Of a stretch of 64,000 bases of DNA, positions 57,556 through 64,000 are shown one piece after another. Positions within the stretch are counted from its first letter, which is position 1; each line of letters begins with the position of its first letter. The notes below the pieces were generated by a model. The model did no database searches. It was not told the DNA's origin and saw nothing but the letters and a program-made list of their open reading frames with translations. The stretch is taken from NCBI GenBank assembly GCA_965207035.1, contig OZ242259.1, forward strand, positions 668,502-732,501. Reading direction: 5' to 3'. The stretch is from Bryobacterales bacterium. GTDB taxonomy: Bacteria > Acidobacteriota > Terriglobia > Bryobacterales > UBA6623. The translations under genes were made by a program, and so were the position numbers.

Positions 57556-57674
57556 TGCAAAGCTCCAGCGTACCAGCGACCGTTCGGTCTGGTTCCTGGC
57601 AGTGGTATTGGGCTGCGGTGCTCCGAGGAGATTGCATCCGGATCTGCCCACCGCGGTGACGCAAACTAGGGGGA

Positions 57675-58532
57675 ATGCGTTCTCTTGGATTCGTCAAGGC
57701 TCAGGCGGCGGGCAACGACTTCCTGGTCGTCGATGCCGCTAGGATCGCTGAAGCGGGCATCAGCGATGAAGATCACGCGCGGTTCGCCGCCCGGATCTGC
57801 AGTCGCCGGTTCGGCGTCGGGGCGGATGGCTTGGAAGTTGTCAGCGCGTCAAAAGCTCTCAACGCCGACTTCGGCGCCCGACTCTGGAACAGTGATGGAA
57901 GTCCTGCCGAGATCTCGGGAAACGGAACTCGCTGCGTCGCAGCGTACTTGACGGAGCAGCGGCTCGTGTCGGGGCGTTTCTCGATTGAGACGGACGCTGG
58001 GGTCAGGGATGTCGAATTGGTGCTCGCCAGCCCTCCGGGCTTTGAATTCCGGATGAGAACGGACGAAGCGGAGTGCCGCGTGATGGGAGCTGCTGTGGAA
58101 TTGAAGCTGGGAGCGGACCGCCAAACCGTCACGACCGTCGATGTGGGGAACCCGCAGTGCGTATGTCTCGTCGAATCTTTCGGTTTCGATTGGCAGGCGC
58201 TCGGCGCGGCACTGGAATGCCATCCTCACTTCCCCAATCGAACCAATGTCTCGTTTGTCAGAGTCGGGGTGGGCCGCGGGGGTATCCCGAAGCTGGAACT
58301 GCGGTTCTGGGAGCGCGGTGCTGGGGCCACGTTGAGCTCCGGAACAGGCTCGCTGGGAGCAGCAGTCGCCGCTCGACACCATGGTTGGATTCGACGCAGC
58401 GCGGAAATCCATACGCAGGGTGGTGAGATGCTGGTTGACTGGGACGATGGAATCGGCCTGACGGGGCCGGTCAGAATCATCGCTCGGGGCGACTACCTCT
58501 TGGAAGGACAAACTGAACACTCGAGTCGCTGA
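57675..58532 (+). CDS. dapF: Diaminopimelate epimerase-like protein with Ser at both catalytic Cys positions
   Basis: GNDF, GVGADG, NSDGS, SGNGTRC, VGNPQCV, FPNRTNVSF, WERGAG, LSSGTG. Confidence 0.85.
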   Translation: MRSLGFVKAQAAGNDFLVVDAARIAEAGISDEDHARFAARICSRRFGVGADGLEVVSASKALNADFGARLWNSDGSPAEISGNGTRCVAAYLTEQRLVSGRFSIETDAGVRDVELVLASPPGFEFRMRTDEAECRVMGAAVELKLGADRQTVTTVDVGNPQCVCLVESFGFDWQALGAALECHPHFPNRTNVSFVRVGVGRGGIPKLELRFWERGAGATLSSGTGSLGAAVAARHHGWIRRSAEIHTQGGEMLVDWDDGIGLTGPVRIIARGDYLLEGQTEHSSR

Positions 58533-58625
58533 AGCCTATCCAGTCCAGGACTAGAAGGGCGGGCTCTGTTGCCCAGCCTTGGTGTCCAGCCCCCCGAACG
58601 GTTGGGATCTGGCACTCTAGAAGCT

Positions 58626-59546
58626 ATGCGCATCGCTTGGACCTTCTTCTTGGCCGCGTCGGCCGTTCTGGCCCAGGAGCCCCCGGCCGGCGGAATTGTC
58701 ACCCAAGGCCTCGCTGTCGAGACGTTTTCTTGCGGCGACCTAGCACGGGAATGCACTGGCCGGACCCGCCGCTTCGTTGAGGCCCGCTGCGGGATTGTCG
58801 AATCCCCGAACGGTGCACGCCTTCAGGTTCCTACCGAGCCGGCGACGGGGCCGGACCCGGTAGACCTGTACAACGATTGCAGTGGGCCGGGAGCCAATCC
58901 GGACCATCTCGAGCAGTTGGAGACCGTATTGATCGATCAGGATGGTGAAGAGATCACAGGCTACGTCTTCGGAGACAACTACTACGAGTTGTATGTCAAC
59001 GGGACGATCGTGGCCCGGGACCCCGTCGGCTTTATTCCATTCAACTCGGGCGTCGTGCGCTTCAAGGCGAGGGGGCCACTGACATATGCGGTCAAGCTGG
59101 TGGACTGGGGCACGCACCTGGGTGTCGGAATGGAGTATGACCGCTGGAACGTCGGAGACGGAGGGTTTATCGCCCGGTTCAGCGACGGCACGGAAACGGG
59201 GGCCGACTGGAAGTGCCGGGCATACTATATCAGCCCGATCGAGGACGTCTCGTGCGTGAAGCCAGGACCGGACACCTCGGCATGTCCGGAGAGGCCGCCC
59301 TGCGTGGAGAACAATCCCGCGACGTGCCGGGCGCTGCACTACCCGGTGCCGGAGGATTGGGCGTCTCCGAATTTCGATGATTCGGATTGGCACGGGGCTT
59401 CGACATATCCTGCGAGCGATGTCACCAATCAGCGTGCCTACCGCGACTATGCAGAAAAATTCGGAAACGCGGACTTCATCTGGTCACACAATCTAGACCA
59501 GGACAATCTAGTACTCTGCCGCTCGCAGGTGAGTGGCGCCCCTTGA
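58626..59546 (+). CDS. Secreted Cys-rich hypothetical protein
   Basis: Signal peptide MRIAWTFFLAASAVLA; GDNYYELYVNG, GDGGFIA, WASPNFDDSDW, FIWSHNLDQDNLVLCR; ten Cys. Confidence 0.75.
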   Translation: MRIAWTFFLAASAVLAQEPPAGGIVTQGLAVETFSCGDLARECTGRTRRFVEARCGIVESPNGARLQVPTEPATGPDPVDLYNDCSGPGANPDHLEQLETVLIDQDGEEITGYVFGDNYYELYVNGTIVARDPVGFIPFNSGVVRFKARGPLTYAVKLVDWGTHLGVGMEYDRWNVGDGGFIARFSDGTETGADWKCRAYYISPIEDVSCVKPGPDTSACPERPPCVENNPATCRALHYPVPEDWASPNFDDSDWHGASTYPASDVTNQRAYRDYAEKFGNADFIWSHNLDQDNLVLCRSQVSGAP

Positions 59547-59591
59547 TCCAGGGAGACCTTACCAGGTCGCTGGGTGCTCGCCCAAGCGGAT

Positions 59592-60797
59592 TCACGCTTC
59601 CTGCTGGGTCGCAATGCCCTTGACTAGCCGCAATCCCCGGCGCCCGTTCAGGATTGCGACTAGATCCTCGCCGACGAGTTCCACGGCCCTAGGCTCGAGA
59701 ATGCCTGACTTGGCCAACGCCTCGGTGTCTTTGAAATTTCCGCGAAGCAATTCCACCATTGAGTCATTCTTGACGAGCAGTCGAAGCGGTAGCTTGTGGT
59801 CTGCCGCTAACGCGTTCAGGAAGCACCGGAGCACGACTAGCGCGGCTGATTCCTTCGTTGTGGGCCCCCGTTTCGGATTCTCCCTGACATAGTCGCGAGG
59901 TGGCGATTGCGCTCCTCGCTGAATAGCAGCCAGCACTCTGCTTGCGCCGCCGGGCCGCTTTGAAATCCCAAGACCGCGAAAATCCTCGAGCTGCGCCGCG
60001 CTTCCAGGGCGGGCCATCGAGAGCTTGAGCAGGATCTTGTCTTCCGCCAACCAACGGCGCGGAAGGTCACGGCGCCGGGCTTCGTCCTCCCTCCACGCGA
60101 TCAATTCCCCGAGCACTCCGAACGCCGTCGCATCCAGTCTCTTTCCGTCGGCGATCTTTCGGGCGATCAAGAGCGGCTCGAAGTGAGCCTTCGCGTAGTC
60201 GCCAGCCTTAGCGGACAAATCGAATGCCCATTCCTCGCGCTTCAATTCGACGAGCCGCTTCCGCAGAATGTCTGCGGCCTTCGTCAGGTGGGCGACATCG
60301 GCTGCCGCGTATCGGACCATTTCCGGAGGCAGCGGGCGCTTCAGCCAATTGGTACGACTGTGCCCCTTGTCTATATCGACGCGGAGTAGCTTGTGCAGGA
60401 GCGTGGAGAGTCCAACCTGGTCGCCCATCCCGGTCATCGCTGCCGCAACCGAGGTATCGAGCACGGGCTCGGCAACTACACCATAGGATTGGTGGAGGCA
60501 CATTTGGTCTTGGTCGACAGCATGTGCCACCTTGAGAGTGCGTGGCGACACAAACACGTCCATCAAGGGCTTCATCTCCCGAGGGGAAAGAGCCAGAGGA
60601 TCGACTAGCCAGGTCCGCTCGGCGTCCGCGACCTGGATAAGTCCCAAGCGCGGAGAGTAAGTCCGTTCCCAAAGGAATTCCGTATCGAATGCTATCGCGT
60701 CCTGTTGTGCCAATTCACGCCCTAAGGCGCCGAGTTGGCCAGGAGTGTCGACATACAGGATCTTGTTTGAGGTTGAATTGTTCTTGGAAGATGCCAA
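59592..60797 (-). CDS. rnd: Ribonuclease D (DEDDy exonuclease + HRDC)
   Basis: IAFDTEFLWERTYSPRLGLIQ, LKVAHA, LDT, TNWLKRPL, YAAADV, WREDEARRRDLP. TTG start uncertain. Confidence 0.9.
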   Translation of the reverse strand: MASSKNNSTSNKILYVDTPGQLGALGRELAQQDAIAFDTEFLWERTYSPRLGLIQVADAERTWLVDPLALSPREMKPLMDVFVSPRTLKVAHAVDQDQMCLHQSYGVVAEPVLDTSVAAAMTGMGDQVGLSTLLHKLLRVDIDKGHSRTNWLKRPLPPEMVRYAAADVAHLTKAADILRKRLVELKREEWAFDLSAKAGDYAKAHFEPLLIARKIADGKRLDATAFGVLGELIAWREDEARRRDLPRRWLAEDKILLKLSMARPGSAAQLEDFRGLGISKRPGGASRVLAAIQRGAQSPPRDYVRENPKRGPTTKESAALVVLRCFLNALAADHKLPLRLLVKNDSMVELLRGNFKDTEALAKSGILEPRAVELVGEDLVAILNGRRGLRLVKGIATQQEA

Positions 60798-60873
60798 AAA
60801 TATCGGTTAGGTTCAGTACAGCCTAAATCTTAGGATACCATCGCATGTCATCCGCGCCGGGGAGGGGCGTTCG

Positions 60874-63114
60874 CAGGCACATTTTTTTGTCCTGTTGAGG
60901 CGGTCTCAGAGAGGTTGATGCCTGCTTCCACGTCCTGTGCAGTCGCTGGACACGGCCCCGACGGCCAGCCACGAGGGGCTCGGGCAGGCGCCTCGGGCGG
61001 CTGCGACGGCTGGATCGCAAGCGCGGACACAGCGGTACGGCTCCGCCGGGTCCGGCGGAACACGGCGCGCTGGCCAGCGCGCCGGCCAGGCTAGCTCCGG
61101 GGCGGGGCCAGCAGCAGGTCCAGCGCCTCCTGCGGACGGCCCGCGTAATGGCGGTTGGCCTCCGGCACCCAGCGGAACTCGGGCTGGCAGCGGATGATCG
61201 AGATCGCCGCGTTGGTCAGGCAGGCCAGATTGCGCGGCAGGTCGCGCACCCACACCCGGCAGCGGTCCTCGTCGTAGGTGAAGTCCCGCACGTAGTGCAG
61301 GCGGTTCTCAATGTGCCAGTGGTTGCGGATCAGCGCCGCCAGCTGCGCGGGCGTGGCCTGCTCCGCCGTCAGCGAGGTCAGCGCGTAGCTCACTGCGGTG
61401 CTGGTCTCTCCGGTCTTGACCACCTGCCGCTCGCGCTCGATGCGGATGGCCTGCTGGCGGCCGTACAGGTCGGCATAGCCGTCCCAGTCCGGGTCGCTGA
61501 GATCCTTCACCCAGTAGCGGCGGCGCTCGATGCGGCCGTGCTCCTTGTCGAGGGTCTCGTGGTCGGGAGCGTCCGGGAACAGCATGTGCTGGAGGTCGTC
61601 CAGGATCGTTGGCTGGTTGTCCTTGATGCTGGTGATCAGGTAGTCGGCAGCGCAGTCCTCGAGCAGGCTGCGCGCCGTCTCCTGCTGCGCGTGCAGCGCG
61701 TCGAGGGTGACGGCGCATCCGGCCAGGTCCAACCCCGCGGCCAGTTCGCGCACCGCCGGGATCTCGTTGGTCTTGGAGGCGACCGCGACCTGTCCCAGCA
61801 CCCGCGTGGGGGAGTGCTCCACGGCCGCGACCAGCATGCGGCGGCCGTCCGGCGTCTGCTTCGAGGCCCCGCGGACATCCTTCCCGTCCATCGCGATACC
61901 CGCCAGGAGCGTGGGCCGGGCGTCTTCCCCGGGGACCCTCCCGGCCGTTTCCTGCGAGCCGCTATCCTCCTCATCCGGCGGGACTTGCCCGTTCTGCTGC
62001 CAGGTCCAAGCCGCCACCGCCTGCTCCAGCGTCTCCGGCGGCAGGGTGGCCAGGATGTTGTGGAACGTGGTGATCGACGGGGTCGTGTAGCGCTGCCGGC
62101 TGGGACTGTAGAAACAGCCCACCGCCTGGCGCTGCGCCGGGTCCAGCAGGGCCGCGAACTGGGCGAACGCGGTCACCCCGCGGTAGCCGGCCAGCCGCGC
62201 CGCCATGGCCAGCACCAGCACCGTGCGCAGGCGGTAACGCTGGCCCCGCGCGCAACGGTAGTCCGGCACCTCGCCCAGGCACTCGAACATGCTGCGCAAC
62301 TGCGGCGCGGACGGCGGCGCGGTCCGCGCCGGGCCCTGCCAGGCCGGATCCTCCTCGGGCTGGCCCAAGGCCGCCCTCGCATGCGCTTCCAATTCGTACA
62401 CAAGCACCTCCTTGGGCTGGCCGTGATGGCGCCACTCCGGCACCGCGGCCGGCTGGCGTGCGTAGCCGCCGGTGAACCCCAGCGAGCGCCAGTTCGCCGC
62501 CCGATAGCAGGTCCCAGCGAAGAGTGCCCGGTCCACGAATGACTCCGCCAGCAAGATCGGAAATCCGTGCTCGCGTTGCATGTCGCCGCTCAACCGCCGC
62601 AGGCTCAGCCCCAGCACCCGCGAGGCCAGATTGGGTACCCCCTGGTAGTCCGGCAGGATCACAAAGCGGGAGTTCTGGGCCACCAGATGCAGGCGCTGCA
62701 ACTGCTGCTCCAGGGTCCAGCCGATCCAGCGGTCACGGGCCGTGAGCTTGAGCGCGGCCGCCTGCCAGCCCACCAGCGCGACCCACGTCGAGCCCAGCGT
62801 CGCCACCTGCCGCAAGCCCTTGCCGAACAGGCCCCCAAACCCCAGGTAGTGATGGGCCGCGACCAGCCGGTCCCAGTGACGGTGTTCCTGGGCGCCGAAG
62901 GTCGGGCGCACGGTGACCGCGCGCACGTCCACAGCGCGGCGCTGGGTCGGCAACGGCCCCATCGGACCCAGAGTGACAGATCGACAACAAAATGTCCAGC
63001 CCCTGCGGACCGGACTGCGAGGAACCGAGAATCGCAGCGTCTAGCAGGAAAGCCCGCTCAGCCCCTCACCCACGGCTGTGCGCCTCCTCAACCACGGACA
63101 ATAAAATAGCCCTG
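60874..63114 (-). mobile_element. ISAs1-family insertion sequence, copy 2 (2241 bp, inverted relative to copy 1)
   Basis: Same IRs and same length as copy 1; its own 10-bp target duplication GGGGCGTTCG at 60864-60873 and 63115-63124. Confidence 0.95.
61091..62962 (-). CDS. ISAs1-family transposase with N-terminal DUF4338 domain (copy 2)
   Basis: 623-aa translation identical to 48987..50858. Confidence 0.92.
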   Translation of the reverse strand: MGPLPTQRRAVDVRAVTVRPTFGAQEHRHWDRLVAAHHYLGFGGLFGKGLRQVATLGSTWVALVGWQAAALKLTARDRWIGWTLEQQLQRLHLVAQNSRFVILPDYQGVPNLASRVLGLSLRRLSGDMQREHGFPILLAESFVDRALFAGTCYRAANWRSLGFTGGYARQPAAVPEWRHHGQPKEVLVYELEAHARAALGQPEEDPAWQGPARTAPPSAPQLRSMFECLGEVPDYRCARGQRYRLRTVLVLAMAARLAGYRGVTAFAQFAALLDPAQRQAVGCFYSPSRQRYTTPSITTFHNILATLPPETLEQAVAAWTWQQNGQVPPDEEDSGSQETAGRVPGEDARPTLLAGIAMDGKDVRGASKQTPDGRRMLVAAVEHSPTRVLGQVAVASKTNEIPAVRELAAGLDLAGCAVTLDALHAQQETARSLLEDCAADYLITSIKDNQPTILDDLQHMLFPDAPDHETLDKEHGRIERRRYWVKDLSDPDWDGYADLYGRQQAIRIERERQVVKTGETSTAVSYALTSLTAEQATPAQLAALIRNHWHIENRLHYVRDFTYDEDRCRVWVRDLPRNLACLTNAAISIIRCQPEFRWVPEANRHYAGRPQEALDLLLAPPRS

Positions 63115-63628
63115 GGGGCGTTCGAGGCCATGAGCCAGTTGGCAAGGTGTCTCCAACAGTCTCAGTGATGGCGATTGGAAGCGTCGAAGCGCTTCGGTGG
63201 AATGCCACATGACGGATCGATTGGGTGCTCGGTCGGAAATCGGCATTCTCTCACTCCGGCGGAGGACGCGACAGCCCGCTTACGATAGAGGAGATCAACA
63301 GCATCGGCGCTGTTGTGGGTATGCGGCCAATCGAGCTGAGGGAGAACTGGATGCGGCGGGATTCGTGCGGGCCTCGAAAGTGTGCGAAATCAGGTGGCCG
63401 GACCGATAGGGCCCGCGGCCTCTCCGGCGTTCTGCTCCCCGGTCATGTTGGGCCGGATCGTACACGTGGAACACTGGGGCTCTTGTCGCGATCCGCACTA
63501 GTCCCGAGGCCCGTGGAATTCGTGGCGGGATCGCTCCCGGCCCTCCCCGGCTCCCAAGTCTGGAGGTCCATTCGGCTCGCACCCAGTCCTGGCGATCTTT
63601 CGGAATCGCTTGCCTGGAGATCGTTCAA

Positions 63629-64000
63629 GTGATCTTCCCGATCGAATTCCTCGAGGAGCATGGCAGAAGTTTCCCGGCTTGGGGGCTGGATGACTCGCGA
63701 CGTTACACGCGCGCGTTGACCCGAGCGCACTACGAGAACTTCTCCGTCGCGAGCATGCTAGTTCCGAAACGCCTCCGTCAAGACTATTGCAACATTTACG
63801 CATACTGCCGCTGGGCTGACGACCTCGGGGATGAAACTGGTGATCCTGCCAAGAGCTTGGACCTGCTCGGCTGGTGGCGGAGCGAACTCCTGTCAATGTA
63901 CTCCGGACAAGCCATTCATCCGGTCTTCGTTGCGCTCCGCGACACCGTTGTGAGGCACGGGTTGCCGCCACAGGACTTCGAGGACCTGCTGCACGCATTC
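63629..64000 (+). CDS. hpnC: Squalene synthase HpnC, 5' part (runs off right edge)
   Basis: Manual translation from GTG 63629 (GGAGA SD): ...YTRALTRAHYENFSVASMLVPKRLR...IYAYCRWADDLGDE...HPVFVAL...DLL. Confidence 0.9.
   Translation, partial: MIFPIEFLEEHGRSFPAWGLDDSRRYTRALTRAHYENFSVASMLVPKRLRQDYCNIYAYCRWADDLGDETGDPAKSLDLLGWWRSELLSMYSGQAIHPVFVALRDTVVRHGLPPQDFEDLLHAF

Noticed and set aside
48835-63114. Composite transposon carrying dinB-mpg-prlC-dapF-rnd
   Set aside because: Each IS copy has its own distinct TSD pair, the outer flanks do not match, and the cargo is housekeeping.
63125-63628. ORFs between ISAs1 copy 2 and hpnC
   Set aside because: No recognisable motifs or consistent coding signal; left unannotated.
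1-64000. CRISPR arrays, tRNA, rRNA, prophage
   Set aside because: No regularly spaced direct repeats, cloverleaf/T-loop signatures, rRNA motifs or phage genes recognised by eye; a covariance-model scan would be needed to exclude small RNAs.

Overview
GC-rich bacterial chromosomal segment. Gene content (Oar-like TonB receptor, several sulfatases, DUF1080/ThuA and PQQ-propeller proteins, hpnC) suggests Acidobacteriota, possibly host-associated; this is inference, not a database result. Core genes: valS (partial), xdhC-mocA, trxA, mutS, phoB-phoR, HU/IHF, infC (AUU start), gnd, mtnP-pfkB, prlC-mpg-dinB, dapF, rnd, hpnC (partial). The ORF track hides two probable selenoproteins, each with a GGUCY-loop SECIS hairpin. 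One is a formate dehydrogenase catalytic subunit (UGA 34647) in a split, permuted Fds-like operon. The other is an AhpC/TlpA-like redoxin whose apparent stop UGA (51602) is probably a near-terminal Sec (RPG-U-GSRN). The right third is an IS hot spot. It holds two apparently identical, inverted 2241-bp ISAs1-family elements whose transposase carries an N-terminal DUF4338 (DruA-like) domain, an IS1634-family element cleanly splitting dinB, a decayed transposase and an amber-interrupted pseudogene. Other oddities: a Tat-exported sulfatase homolog that has lost most catalytic residues, a DapF with Ser at both catalytic Cys positions, a structured infC leader without rpmI-rplT, and many TAnnnT boxes 6-10 nt before start codons (leaderless-type). 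I saw no rRNA, tRNA or CRISPR array.
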